A DNA stretch of 64,000 bases, taken from positions 1,888,001 to 1,952,000 of the forward strand of contig CAWCKW010000012.1 of the NCBI GenBank assembly GCA_963796285.1, in the 5' to 3' direction. The notes beneath the pieces were generated by a model. The model did no database searches, was not told the origin of the DNA, and worked only from the letters and a program-made list of their open reading frames with translations. Positions 1 through 10,924 of this stretch are shown here, piece by piece (the stretch's first letter is position 1; every line of letters starts with the position of its first letter). Source of the stretch: Nitrospirota bacterium. GTDB lineage: Bacteria > Nitrospirota > UBA9217. A program made the position numbers and the translations under genes.

Positions 1-327
1 GAGATAAGCATAAGTATCGCCATGATTACTATTCTTTTATGATAATAGCATACCACCAACAGGGACAATATGGATAATCCGTGTCCTGTTCATTCCGGTT
101 TACGAGATCCGGACTGCTCAATGATGATGACCTGCTTCTTCCAGTCAATGCTCTGGAGGTTCTTGATCCGGGAGCGGAACCGCTGCTCAGGCGTCCGCGC
201 TCGCATAGGCATCAAGGCCCCGTCCGGGAGATGACAATATGAAAAGGCTTCACGAGTCCCATCCATCGCGGATCTTCTGCAGGGATTCCCGCATGCCTGC
301 CGGTTTGGAAATAAAGCCGCGTCAGCA

Positions 328-1801
328 TCACCTGACCTTCAGTATCTCGGGGTTGGTATGCGGGATGAACACCGCACCCAGGTATTCCTTCATGAACTCC
401 GGGTCGTCCTGCATGGGTTTGTAGGTGATCTTCTCTGTTATTGCATTCACCGTGTTCACCAGGTCGCCGTCAATCAGCAGCATGCGCGCGCCCGCGAGGG
501 ACGAGTTGCCGAGGGGCTTCACGATATCCGCAGGCCACGCCGGAAGCATGCCGATGCCCACGGCCTTATCCGCATTGATGCCTGTGCCAAGGGCACCGGA
601 TACGAACACGGTATCGATGTCCTTGAATGAGATGCCCACGGACCGGGTAAGCACCAGCAGCAGCGTGAACATGGCCGCCTTTGACTTCATGAAATTCTGG
701 ATCTCATTCTGAGTTATATACAAGGCATCTTGGCAGTCACAATCGATAGAGAACACCTTCTCACTGTCGACAATCGTGACATGCTCACCATCGACAAGTG
801 CCCCGCTTGCGTCGATCATCCCTGCCTTAAACAACTCATAGAGCAGGCTCACCATGCCGGACCCGCAGATCCCTTCGGGCTTGCCCTGGTCAAAGGTCTT
901 GCAGGAGATGTTCTGCCCGGTGATCTCGATGTCGTAGACGATCCCCTTGTTCGCCCGCTTCCCGATCCGAGAGATCCCCTCTTCGAGCGCCGGACCGGCA
1001 GCGCCGGCCCCCACGATCATCCAGTCCCGGTTCCCGATCACGATCTCGGCGTTCGTGCCCACGTCGATCAGGATCGAGGTCTTTTCCGATCGGGCCATGC
1101 CCGAGGCAAGAATGCCGGCAGTGATGTCGCCGCCGACATAGCTCCCCGCGTTCGGGAACACGTACACAACAGCTTCAGGGTTCATGAGCAAGCTGCAGCT
1201 CCGAAGCCGTGAAGAACCCCGGGCTCCTGACCACGGGCACAAAGGGGTCCACGGGGATCGTGCTGATATCGAGTCCCAGAAAGAAGTGGCTCATCACCGT
1301 GTTCCCGCCCACGGTCATGGCGTGGATATCCTGCGCGTTTACCTGCGCTTCGCTGCAAAGCTCGACGATCAACCCATTGATCCCGTTCACGAGCACCCGG
1401 TAGACCTCCTCGCCATTTCCCGACATGGTATGGTGCATGCGGGTCATGATGTCGCTGCCAAATATGGTCTGGGGGTTCTCCAGGCTTTTCGTCAGGACAT
1501 CCTTTTGCGCGATATTGTCGTACAGCAGGGCGACCAGGTTCGTGGTTCCGAGGTCAAGGGCGATGGAATAAGAACGCTCCTTCCCGATATCGATCAGCCG
1601 GTATCCGTTCCCGATTCGCCCGATAATGCAGGGGAACGCTGTCTGCTCCTTCACCACAGTAGGGAGCTTTCTCAAAACCGATAGCGGAAGAACAAGGGGA
1701 CCGAGATCGAGAGTATCGGTGATTCGCTGATCATGGGCCCTTCGGTCGTCATCGGACGGCAGAGGCAATTGTATCGTTTTCTTGAAAATAAGAGAGGTCA
1801 T
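328..1801 (-). CDS. ASKHA-domain corrinoid reductive activator (RACo/AcsV-like, DUF4445), frameshifted near 1190
   Basis: ORFs 1175..1801 and 328..1242 join by removing one base (…ELQL|LMNPEAVVYVFPNAGSYVGGD…). Motifs LDLGTTN, ENPQxxFGSDIMTR, YVGGDITAG, DVGTNAE, AGPALE, GICGSG, GNSSLAGA. Confidence 0.85.
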
Positions 1802-1995
1802 CGTTCCCCTTCGCTCATCAGGATAATGCGGCTGTACGTTATGAATATCACACTCGGGAGAACGCTGTCAATCGAATGTTATCATGACCTGGAAAAGTTT
1901 CAGTTGTTTGCGATTGCAGCTGAAAATGCAGTATACTTGATCGTATATACCGTATGACAGCGATCAAGGGATAGTGCGGGGAGGGACCGGAACTC

Positions 1996-3228
1996 ATGTA
2001 CGCAAGCGAAAACATCACCCGAAATACCATTGCCATGGTCCTGGCCGGCGGCAAGGGAGAGCGGCTCAGCCCCATCACGGTCGGCAGGCCCAAGCCCGCG
2101 GTCCCCTTTGGCGGGAAGTACAAGATCATCGATTTCGTGCTGAGCAATATGTTCAACTCAGGCATCCGTCAGGTCTACATCCTGACCCAGTATCATGCCT
2201 ACTCTCTCAGCAGACACATTAAGGATTCCTGGGGCAAATGGGTCGGCCTTGGTGAGTTTTACGATTCGGTCTCGCCCGAAACAACCAGTATGGGCGAGCA
2301 GTGGTATAAGGGCACGGCCGACGCCATCTACCAGAACCTGCGCCTCATCGAGTCTTCCGGCGCCGAGTATGCGGTCATCTTCGGAGGCGACCATATCTAC
2401 AAGATGGACATCTCGCAGATGATGGCGTATCACCGCATGAACAAAGCTGACCTTACTATTGCAGCGCTCGATGTCTCAGCCCAAGACGCGCCGCGATTCG
2501 GCATCCTGCAAGTGGACGAAGACCTGCACGTCACATCGTTCCTGGAAAAGCCGGCAAACCCTCCCCGGGTCCCGGGTAGAACTTCCTGTTTCGCGTCCAT
2601 GGGCAACTATATTTTCTCCGTGAAAAAGCTGATCGAGCTGCTGAAGAAAGGCAAACGGAAATACGAGGACCTCGATTTCGGACAGCATGTGGTCCCCATG
2701 ATGATCGAGCAGGGAGACAAGGTCTTTGCCTACAGCTTTTACGACAATAATATTCCCGGTATGGACCCGCGCGAGCGGGGCTACTGGAAGGACGTGGGCA
2801 CGCTGGACTCATACTACGAGGCAAACATGGACCTCATCCACGTCAGCCCGCAGCTGAACCTGTACAACTATACCTGGCCCATCCTGACCAACCAGGGGAA
2901 CCTTCCTCCGGCAAAGACGGTCTTCGACGACGAGAACCGTCGCGGCCTGAACATCGATTCTCTCGTATGCGGCGGCTGCATCACCAGCGGTGCGACCATA
3001 CGGCGGTCCATTCTCGGCCCCTCATGCAAGGTCCACAGCTACGCGCTGGTCGAGGACTCGATCCTCTTCGAGAACGTACAGATCGGGCGCCGCGCAAAGA
3101 TAAAGAAAACCATCATCGATGAAGGGATATACATACCGGAAGGGATGGAGATCGGCTTCGACCACGAAGAGGACCGTCTGCGCGGCTGCATTGTCACCGA
3201 GTCGGGGATCGTGGTCGTGACAAAGTAG
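1996..3228 (+). CDS. glgC: glucose-1-phosphate adenylyltransferase
   Basis: VLAGGKGERL, RPKPAVPFGGKYKIIDF, WYKGTADA, GDHIYKMD, FLEKP, ASMGNYIF, YWKDVGTLDSYYEANMDL; C-terminal beta-helix. Confidence 0.97.
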   Translation: MYASENITRNTIAMVLAGGKGERLSPITVGRPKPAVPFGGKYKIIDFVLSNMFNSGIRQVYILTQYHAYSLSRHIKDSWGKWVGLGEFYDSVSPETTSMGEQWYKGTADAIYQNLRLIESSGAEYAVIFGGDHIYKMDISQMMAYHRMNKADLTIAALDVSAQDAPRFGILQVDEDLHVTSFLEKPANPPRVPGRTSCFASMGNYIFSVKKLIELLKKGKRKYEDLDFGQHVVPMMIEQGDKVFAYSFYDNNIPGMDPRERGYWKDVGTLDSYYEANMDLIHVSPQLNLYNYTWPILTNQGNLPPAKTVFDDENRRGLNIDSLVCGGCITSGATIRRSILGPSCKVHSYALVEDSILFENVQIGRRAKIKKTIIDEGIYIPEGMEIGFDHEEDRLRGCIVTESGIVVVTK

Positions 3229-3279
3229 CGCATCAGCCGTAGCGTAAATATGCTCCATCTCTCTGTTCAGCGGCTTCGC

Positions 3280-3678
3280 TCAGTCTGCCTTTTCCGCAGA
3301 ATGGTCAATTACCAGGTAGTCTATGAATTTCTTAAGCATTGCCCGGTCCTTCAAAGCCAAATCCGGGTATGTCACCTCTATTTCATAGGAGGCCTGCTCG
3401 TTATCCTCCGCGTTCCGGCTTGAAAAAACTTTCCCGATAAAATTAAGATGATCGTTCTCGTTCAGATACAGGTCCAAAGGGATCAGACTTCCCTGTAACA
3501 GAGTCTGATCGGATTGGATTGGCATGCTGCTGAGCGTAATGTCTTTCACTCTGTGATTTGCGGGAAAAACCGAGACGTTTTCCTAGGATGAAGTTATCGT
3601 AAGATAAATATTGCAAGCGTCAGGTATTTCATAACGTAATTTTACCTTATTATCAGCCGCTGCCTGCTCCCCCAGCAT
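3280..3678 (-). pseudogene. degenerate stand-alone PilZ-like gene with an in-frame TAG at 3583-3585
   Basis: ORF 3280..3549 extends in frame to an ATG at 3678 across one TAG. PilZ-like pattern (VKDITLSSM…IGKV…YEIEVTY…DRAMLKKFI) with eroded RxxxR and DxSxxG motifs. Confidence 0.45.
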
Positions 3679-3707
3679 TTGACAGTCGATATCCTTTGTG
3701 CTACTTT
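3679..3707 (+). promoter_or_regulatory. sigma70-type promoter for the HPF-CSD gene
   Basis: TTGACA-17 nt-TACTTT with an extended -10 TG, about 50 nt upstream of GGAGG and ATG 3756. Confidence 0.6.
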
Positions 3708-3755
3708 TAAATCAGGGAGTATACGTATCAAATATTGCAGTCCGGAGGATCAACC

Positions 3756-4292
3756 ATGAAAATTCCTTTGCAGATCACGTTTCGAAACATGCCTCTATCC
3801 GAGGCCATTGAAGCGAAGATCAATGAAAAGGCTGCCAAATTGGATAAATATTTCAGCAGGATCATGAGTTGCCGTGTCGTGGTCGAGGAATCGCAGCGCC
3901 GGCAGCATCAGGGAAAACTGTTCAGCGTCCATATCGACATCACCGTGCCCGGTAAGGAAATGGCGGTGACCCGTGAAGAGAATGAAGATCCGTATGTCGC
4001 GGTCCGTGATGCCTTCAACACTGCGGCCAGGCGGCTTGAAGAGCATGCCCGGCAGAAGCGCGGCGAGGTGAAGACACATGAGACGCAGCCCAGCGGCCGC
4101 ATCATCAGGATCTTTCCCGACCAGGCATATGGTTTCATCATCACACACGACGACCAGCGTGAGATTTATTTTCACCGCAACAGCGTTATCAATGATGACT
4201 TCGGCAATCTGAAATTCGGGGTTGAGGTGTCGTTCATCGAGGAGCAGGGACAGGAGGGACCTCAGGCGGCGCGCGTTGCGATCATCAAATAG
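3756..4292 (+). CDS. HPF/RaiA ribosome hibernation protein fused to a C-terminal cold-shock domain
   Basis: PLQITFRNM…SEAIE…DPYVAVRDAF (S30AE/HPF) followed by YGFI…IYFHRNS…GPQA (CSD); GGAGG RBS. Confidence 0.9.
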   Translation: MKIPLQITFRNMPLSEAIEAKINEKAAKLDKYFSRIMSCRVVVEESQRRQHQGKLFSVHIDITVPGKEMAVTREENEDPYVAVRDAFNTAARRLEEHARQKRGEVKTHETQPSGRIIRIFPDQAYGFIITHDDQREIYFHRNSVINDDFGNLKFGVEVSFIEEQGQEGPQAARVAIIK

Positions 4293-4382
4293 GATGCGCT
4301 TTCTGTTTCCGGCCTGAAGGGGTATATCAGTCTGCCTCGGTGATGAGCGCTTCATCATGACCGTTTATGATAGAATCAGCAC

Positions 4383-6773
4383 ATGGAGATATCCTGGCAT
4401 GACCGCCGCTCTGTTCTGCGGCTCGTACTTACCGCCTCCCTTGTGAGCCTATCCTTCGAACTGACGCTCATCCGGATCTTTTCTATTTCCCTCTGGTATC
4501 ACTTCGCATTCATGGTCATCAGCATCGCCATGCTCGGCATCGGCGCCAGCGGCACCGTGCTCTCGGTATTTCCGGGCCTGAAGGACCTCCGCAGGGTCCC
4601 GCTGTACGGGCTCATGCTGGCCATAAGCATCCCTCTCTCCTATCTCCTTGCCAACACCGTGCCCTTCGATCCCGCGCGGCTTCCCTGGGACCGCCTGCAG
4701 CTTCTCGCCATAACCCTTTACTACGTCATCCTCTGCGTTCCCTTCTTCTGGTTTGGACTGATCGTATCTGCTGCCTATACCACGATGTCGCGTGATGTCA
4801 ATGCGATCTATGCCTCGGACCTCGTGGGTGCCGGGATCGGAGCGCTCACTGTGGCCTGGCTGCTCTCCCTGGGTGGCCCCGAAACGAGCGTGTTCATCAT
4901 CTCTTCCCTCCTTGCCACCGGACTCCTCTCTCAAAGAGATCGGATAACGCGGTTCCTTTCCCTGCTCCTCATCGCAGCGAATCTTGCCGTCCTCTTCATC
5001 AATCCACAATGGATCCAGCCCAGGATATCGGCCTACAAACCCTTTGCGCTCGCCTTGCAGTTCCCCGGCGCAAAGCGACTCAACACAGCGTACAGCCCCT
5101 ATGCCCGCATCGACCTGTTCAAGAGCCCCGCCGTCAGGTTCGCGCCGGGTCTGAGCTTTACGTATCTTGAGCCGCTGCCTGAACAGACAGGGATTGCGAT
5201 CGATGCCGGCGACCTGTACGCGATAACCGACGATACGGACCGCGACAGGCTCGCCTTCCTCGGTTCCCTCCCCTCCAGCCTTGCCTACCGGTTGAGCCCG
5301 AACCAAGACGTGCTCATCATCGAACCACGGGCCGGTCTCTCCCTCCTCCTGGCCCGACAGTTCCGATCGAGGAACATCTCTGCCATAGACTCAAATCCTC
5401 TCTTCCTTCGCGTGATGCGGGAATACGGCCGGACGCGTGGATCACCTGTCTATGAGCACCAGGTGTGGAATGGCCTGGCGCGGACGTGGCTTGCCGGATC
5501 GAACCGGGAGTTCGACCTGATCGATCTTTCGCTCATGGGCCCACTGCCATCCGCGGCCTTCGGCTTTGCGGAAGATTACCGGTTCACCATCGAGGCCTTC
5601 GAGCACTACCTATCTGGTCTGAAACCCGGCGGGTTCCTTTCGATCAACCTCTACCTCATCCCGCCGCCGAGAACGGAACTTCGCCTGCTCGCGACCCTGG
5701 TCAGGTCGGCGGCAGCGTCTGGTATCACGGACATCTCCGGGCATGTCGCCGCTATCCGAAGCTGGGACACCTTGACCATGGTCATGAAAAAATCGGCACT
5801 GTCGATTGAGGACATCGGAAGGATCAAGACCTTTGCGCACGAGAAGAGGTTCGACCTCGTATACTATCCCGGCATCAAACCCGAAGAGAGCAATGTGTAT
5901 ATCAAACAGCAGGGGAACGAATATGCCGACGCCTTCCGGAGCCTGATGGACAAGAAGACCGGCAGCCGGTTCATGGCCGATTACCTCTTCGACATCCGGC
6001 CGGTCTCCGATGAGCGCCCCTTCTTCCATTATTATTTAACCCTGAAGAACACCAAGGCAATCTACCGGCTCATGGGAGAGAAGTGGCAGTATTTCATCGA
6101 AGAGGGCTACCTCCTTCCGGTCCTCTTTGTTCAGGTGCTCGTCGTGAGTATTGCCCTGATCCTCCTGCCGCTCCTCAAGATGAGGAACAGAAAAGAAGAC
6201 TCGATTGTCCGGTACGACCCTCTCCGTGGACTCTTGTATTTCGCCCTGCTCGGCATCGGCTATCTGTTCATCGAGATCGCATTCATCCAGAAAATGATCC
6301 TCATGCTCGAGAACCCCTCCTCGGCCGCAAGCACGGTCATTGCATCGGTCCTGATCAGCTCGGGCATAGGCAGCCTCCTGAGCCGGCGCATCCGGTCGCT
6401 GAACAACCCGCGCATCCTGCTTGCCCTTGCGGGTTTGGTTTTCGCTTACAGCCTCCTGCTGCCCGGGATTACGGCAGCTATAAGCCTGTATCCTCTCGTA
6501 GCGAGAATCGCTTTTTCCTCTTTGCTCGTCATGCCCGCCGGAATCCTGATGGGCATCCCCTTCCCCCTGGGGATCTCACTCCTTCATTCGGCCGCGCCCC
6601 GGCTTATCCCCTGGGCGTGGGCAGTGAACGGCTGTTTTTCGGTGCTCGCGCCCATCCTCGCGATCATGCTTGCACTTTCCGCGGGATTTCAATCCGTGCT
6701 GTTCTGTGGAGCGTCGATGTACCTGCTTGCTTTTTGGGTAATTTACCGGGAATGGGATATTTACACGGAGTGA
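4383..6773 (+). CDS. membrane protein with central spermidine-synthase-like SAM-dependent methyltransferase domain
   Basis: N-terminal TMs (ELTLIRIFS, WYHFAFMVISIAMLGIGASG, YASDLVGAG), FTIEAF…L.PGGFL, PVSDERPFF, C-terminal TMs (GIGYLFIEI, MGIPFPLG, WAWAVNGCFSV). Confidence 0.8.
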   Translation: MEISWHDRRSVLRLVLTASLVSLSFELTLIRIFSISLWYHFAFMVISIAMLGIGASGTVLSVFPGLKDLRRVPLYGLMLAISIPLSYLLANTVPFDPARLPWDRLQLLAITLYYVILCVPFFWFGLIVSAAYTTMSRDVNAIYASDLVGAGIGALTVAWLLSLGGPETSVFIISSLLATGLLSQRDRITRFLSLLLIAANLAVLFINPQWIQPRISAYKPFALALQFPGAKRLNTAYSPYARIDLFKSPAVRFAPGLSFTYLEPLPEQTGIAIDAGDLYAITDDTDRDRLAFLGSLPSSLAYRLSPNQDVLIIEPRAGLSLLLARQFRSRNISAIDSNPLFLRVMREYGRTRGSPVYEHQVWNGLARTWLAGSNREFDLIDLSLMGPLPSAAFGFAEDYRFTIEAFEHYLSGLKPGGFLSINLYLIPPPRTELRLLATLVRSAAASGITDISGHVAAIRSWDTLTMVMKKSALSIEDIGRIKTFAHEKRFDLVYYPGIKPEESNVYIKQQGNEYADAFRSLMDKKTGSRFMADYLFDIRPVSDERPFFHYYLTLKNTKAIYRLMGEKWQYFIEEGYLLPVLFVQVLVVSIALILLPLLKMRNRKEDSIVRYDPLRGLLYFALLGIGYLFIEIAFIQKMILMLENPSSAASTVIASVLISSGIGSLLSRRIRSLNNPRILLALAGLVFAYSLLLPGITAAISLYPLVARIAFSSLLVMPAGILMGIPFPLGISLLHSAAPRLIPWAWAVNGCFSVLAPILAIMLALSAGFQSVLFCGASMYLLAFWVIYREWDIYTE

Positions 6774-6968
6774 TACAGATACGTCTTAAACTCTGGATCT
6801 GCCGAAACATGATTTGAAAATATAAAAATACGGTTTGAATTATTGATTCTATGCTATGTTCGCTTGGCAAGAAGTACTTCCTCGTCGAAGGTACATTTCT
6901 TTGAAACATAGCAAGGCTACATTTTGTGTTCGCCGAACACCCTTAAAATGCCCAATCGTACGAAATCG

Positions 6969-6997
6969 TTGACATATTCTTAGACCAAGCATATAGT
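6969..6997 (+). promoter_or_regulatory. sigma70-type promoter
   Basis: TTGACA-17 nt-TATAGT upstream of an AAGGAG RBS and ATG 7047. Confidence 0.65.
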
Positions 6998-7046
6998 CGT
7001 GAATAACAAATCATCTACTCAACAATTTATTGAAGGAGCACAAAAC

Positions 7047-7259
7047 ATGTATAAAATACTTATCACATTAGACAATGGAGATAAACATACAAAATCTTTT
7101 AACTTCCAGGGTGAACCGTTGACAAAAGAGTCAAATGCCAATTTTGAATTAGACAGAATATGTCATCGTGATATAAATGAGGACACATGGATGTTAGTTG
7201 ACGATGAGGTTCGCATCATTATCGATCACATCGCCTCATTAAAAATAATTGTTGAGTAG
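7047..7259 (+). CDS. small AT-rich hypothetical protein (70 aa)
   Basis: MYKILITLDNGDKHTKSF…IIVE with a good RBS and near-consensus promoter; GC much lower than the neighbours. Confidence 0.55.
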   Translation: MYKILITLDNGDKHTKSFNFQGEPLTKESNANFELDRICHRDINEDTWMLVDDEVRIIIDHIASLKIIVE

Positions 7260-7571
7260 CAGCAGGCTGATTGAGTTAATAGGTTAGGCATGATGGTGCT
7301 GCTAAATGTTAATAAAACTTGCAATGAAGAACCAGTGCAATTTCGGATTTCACATGCACCATGAAATCAAAGGATCAAATCCCGATTCTCGACAAAACCA
7401 CCTGAGCGCCGGACAGGGTATATAGACTAGTGGCGGTCAACGATACGCAAAATATGCTCGTTTCTGCATCTGTATTGATCAATCGTAGCTGTACACTCGT
7501 AGATGGAACAAACAAAAAAGCAGCCAACTTCGTGATACAAGGTTTCAATGTGAAATCTTCGTCTCAATACT

Positions 7572-8315
7572 TCATCGCCTCTTCTCTATTTCACCAGTCA
7601 TCGGCACGAATGCCACCGGGCTCAGCTGCTCAACCTCCAGCTCGCCTTTTCTCTTTGTCGCGAGCGTGAGCATCTGGTAATAGACCGTGCTCCCCAGCGG
7701 CACGATGAGCCTGCCGCCCTCCTTGAGCTGCTTGATGAGCAGCGGGGGGATGTGGTTTGCCGCGGCGGTGATAATGATGGCGTCGAAGGGCGCGTACTCT
7801 TCCCAGCCGAAGTACCCATCGCCGAATTTCACCTTTACATTCCGGTATCCGAGGTCAGCGAGCGTCTTTTCAGACCTGTCTGCAAGTGTTTTTCGGATTT
7901 CGATCGTATAGACCTCTTGTACGATGCCGGCCAGCACCGCAGCCTGATAGCCCGATCCGGTCCCGATCTCAAGGACCCGGTCGCCTCGTTTGAGTTGCAG
8001 GGTCTCGGTCATGAGCGCGACCACATAGGGCTGCGATATGGTCTGGCCCTCTTCGATCGGCAAGGGATGGTCTGCGTATGCCTGGCTCCTGAGCGATGGA
8101 TTCACGAACAGATGTCTCGGCACTGTGCCCATCGCCCGGCATACCACCGGGTCCTTGACCCCTCTGCCTCTAATGTCCTGCTCGACCATCTGCTGCCGCT
8201 TTTGCGTATATGCATCCTCGGCAGCAAAAGAGATCAGTGCTTGCTGGAGGATGATAACGATAAGTAAACAAATGACGTTTTTCATTACGAGAACCATGGG
8301 ACACATCACCTCCAT
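7572..8315 (-). CDS. pcm: protein-L-isoaspartate O-methyltransferase with N-terminal signal-peptide-like segment
   Basis: [67 protein letters not shown]. Exact start codon uncertain. Confidence 0.93.
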   Translation of the reverse strand: MEVMCPMVLVMKNVICLLIVIILQQALISFAAEDAYTQKRQQMVEQDIRGRGVKDPVVCRAMGTVPRHLFVNPSLRSQAYADHPLPIEEGQTISQPYVVALMTETLQLKRGDRVLEIGTGSGYQAAVLAGIVQEVYTIEIRKTLADRSEKTLADLGYRNVKVKFGDGYFGWEEYAPFDAIIITAAANHIPPLLIKQLKEGGRLIVPLGSTVYYQMLTLATKRKGELEVEQLSPVAFVPMTGEIEKRR

Positions 8316-8719
8316 GCCATAATTATGGCATAATATTTATGATATGATCATTTTAATTATATTCAAGCACAACATCATTATCTGAGTCAAGGATTGCGGG
8401 TTTTTAATGGCATACATTCGTAGGAGATTCCAGATCTCCATCTTCCATTATACATCTGGGCATACGTAAGCAGGATGGGAGAAGAGGGGGAGCGTTTGTG
8501 TGGCACCGCGCAGGGCAGGCAAAGATGATTACGAAGGGATGGTGTTAGATACCATGCGAGCGTGAAGTTTGACGAAACAAACAATTATCAAAGACGGTTA
8601 ATCCGCACTCGTGAATGTCAGCGAAACTGGTCGGCTCTAATCGGAGACACTACGTCCACTGCCTCTTCTTATCCATGCCCGAACATATCACTTTTAACTG
8701 AATAATGATATTTAAAACC

Positions 8720-8760
8720 CCATTTAACGGTCACCCATTAAATGGGTGACCGTTAAATGG
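8720..8760. repeat. perfect 20-bp inverted repeat with 1-nt spacer
   Basis: CCATTTAACGGTCACCCATT-A-AATGGGTGACCGTTAAATGG, with AAATGGGTGACC present twice in tandem. Confidence 0.8.
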
Positions 8761-8831
8761 GTGACCCCAAATTATTGTCTGAATGAACAGGACCGCCATC
8801 TGTTCCCGGACGAAACCGACTTGCCGTGTCC

Positions 8832-10811
8832 TTACTGTACCCGGTTCTTCACGAGACTGTCGACCACGGTCGGATCGGCCAGGGTCGAGGTATCGCCCAG
8901 GTCTTCCACCTGGTTGTGGGCGATCTTCCGGAGGATGCGGCGCATGATCTTGCCGCTTCGCGTCTTCGGCAGGCCGGGCGCGAACTGGAGCTTGTCCGGC
9001 GTGGCGATCGGCCCGATGTTCGAGCGGACGTGGCCGGTGAGGACCTTCTTGAGATCGTCGGTCGGCTTGAACCCGTCCTTGAGCGTCACATACACGTAGA
9101 TGCCTTCGCCCTTGATGTCGTGCGGATAGCCGACGACCGCTGCTTCGGCTACCGCCTCGTGGCTGACGAGCGCGGACTCGACCTCGGCAGTGCCGAGCCG
9201 GTGGCCGGATACGTTGATCACGTCGTCCACGCGGCCCATGAGCCAGTAATCGCCGTCCTCGTCCACGCGCGCGCCGTCGCCGGTGAAGTACTTGCCCGGG
9301 AACCGGGTGAAGTAGACCTCTTTGATCCGCTTGTTCGCGGGGTCTCCGTAGGTGCCGCGAAGCATGCCGGGCCAGGGTTTGTCGATGCACAGGTAGCCGC
9401 CTTCGTTCGCCTTGGCAGGCGAGCCGTCCTCTTTTACCACACTGGGGACGACGCCCGGGAACGGACGGGTTGCCGAGCCCGGCTTGGTCGTGATGGCGCC
9501 GGGGAGCGGCGTGATCAGGATGCCGCCGGTCTCGGTCTGCCACCACGTGTCCACGATCGGCAGCTTTTCGTGCCCCACGTGCTTGTGGTACCACATCCAC
9601 GCCTCGGGGTTGATGGGCTCTCCCACGCTTCCGAGGACCTTGAGGGAGGAGAGGTCGTGCGTGGTCACCCAGCTGTCGCCTTCTTTCATGAGCGCGCGGA
9701 TGGCCGTGGGCGCGGTGTAGAAGATGTTGACCTGGTGCTTGTCTACGATGTCCCAGAACCTGCCCGGGTCGGGATAGGTCGGGATGCCTTCGAACATGAG
9801 CGAGGTGGCGCCGTTCGAGAGCGGGCCGTACAGGATGTAGCTGTGGCCGGTGACCCATCCGATGTCGGCGGTGCAGAAGTGGATGTCTTCTTCGTGGTAG
9901 TCGAAGATCCACCGGAACGATATGTTGGTATAGAGCAGGTAGCCGGCGGTGGTATGCAGCACGCCCTTGGGCTTGCCCGTGGAGCCCGAGGTGTAGAGGA
10001 TGAAGAGCGGGTCTTCCGCGTCCAACTTCTCGGGTTCGCAATAGTTCGTGATGTCCTTTGCCGCCATCTCCTCATGCCACCACGTGTCCCTGCCTGGTTC
10101 CATGTTGACCTTGCCCGTGCCTGCCCGCTGGACCACGATCATGTCCTTCACCGTCGGGCATTCGAGGAGCGCTTCGTCGGCGTTGGCCTTTAAGGGGATG
10201 AACCGGCCGCCGCGCAGGCCTTCGTCCGCGGTGATGACCATGGACGACTGGCAGTCCTGGATGCGGTCCCGCATTGCCTTCGCGGAAAACCCGCCGAACA
10301 CCACGCTGTGGATCGCGCCGATGCGCGCGCAGGCCAGCATGGAGATCGCCAGCTCGGGGATCATGGGGAGATAGATGGTGACCCGGTCGCCCTTCTTGAC
10401 GCCTTTCTTCTTGAGGACGTTGGCGAAGCGGTTCACCTCGTAATACAGCTGCTGGTACGTGAAGGTCTTGTACACCCCGCTGTCCGCTTCCCAGATGAGC
10501 GCGGCCTTGTTCCGGGTGGGGGTGGTGATGAACCGGTCAAGGCAGTTCACCGAGGCATTCAGTTTTCCTCCCGCGAACCACTTGATGGAGGGCTTGTGGA
10601 AATCGTAGTCCAGGACCTTGTCCCATTTCTTGTACCACGTAAGGTTCTTTTCGGCCATCTCCGCCCAGAACTTCTCGGGGTCGTCCACCGACCGCTTGTA
10701 GAGCTGCTCGTACTCCTTCATGCTCTTGATGTGCGCTTTTTGACTGAATTCCTTTGACGGAGGGAACGTCCGTTTTTCCGTCGACAGGACTTGGATGCTT
10801 TCTTCTGCCAT
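8832..10811 (-). CDS. acs: acetate--CoA ligase (AMP-forming acetyl-CoA synthetase)
   Basis: [67 protein letters not shown]. Confidence 0.98.
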   Translation of the reverse strand: MAEESIQVLSTEKRTFPPSKEFSQKAHIKSMKEYEQLYKRSVDDPEKFWAEMAEKNLTWYKKWDKVLDYDFHKPSIKWFAGGKLNASVNCLDRFITTPTRNKAALIWEADSGVYKTFTYQQLYYEVNRFANVLKKKGVKKGDRVTIYLPMIPELAISMLACARIGAIHSVVFGGFSAKAMRDRIQDCQSSMVITADEGLRGGRFIPLKANADEALLECPTVKDMIVVQRAGTGKVNMEPGRDTWWHEEMAAKDITNYCEPEKLDAEDPLFILYTSGSTGKPKGVLHTTAGYLLYTNISFRWIFDYHEEDIHFCTADIGWVTGHSYILYGPLSNGATSLMFEGIPTYPDPGRFWDIVDKHQVNIFYTAPTAIRALMKEGDSWVTTHDLSSLKVLGSVGEPINPEAWMWYHKHVGHEKLPIVDTWWQTETGGILITPLPGAITTKPGSATRPFPGVVPSVVKEDGSPAKANEGGYLCIDKPWPGMLRGTYGDPANKRIKEVYFTRFPGKYFTGDGARVDEDGDYWLMGRVDDVINVSGHRLGTAEVESALVSHEAVAEAAVVGYPHDIKGEGIYVYVTLKDGFKPTDDLKKVLTGHVRSNIGPIATPDKLQFAPGLPKTRSGKIMRRILRKIAHNQVEDLGDTSTLADPTVVDSLVKNRVQ

Positions 10812-10834
10812 GCGAATTCCTCCTTCCCCTGTTG

Positions 10835-10872
10835 AAAAATCGCACCTCCGCTGCCGGAGCAGCGGAGGTGCG
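10835..10872 (-). terminator. strong GC hairpin with short T-tract between actP and acs
   Basis: CGCACCTCCGCTG / CAGCGGAGGTGCG 13-bp perfect stem; followed by ATTTTT on the minus strand. Confidence 0.45.
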
Positions 10873-10924
10873 TGACTACCCTCTCCCCTATTATATCAGA
10901 GGATTGAGATACGACCGTTACGAG

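Noticed and set aside
90-330. Minus-strand frame with GP-TGA-C suggesting selenocysteine
   Set aside because: The downstream frame is not protein-like and I see no SECIS; several indels in a small ORF explain it better.
8826-10193. Long antisense or alternate-frame ORFs (e.g. 455 aa over acs, 400 aa over the kinase)
   Set aside because: Shadow ORFs of GC-rich genes with clear family identity.
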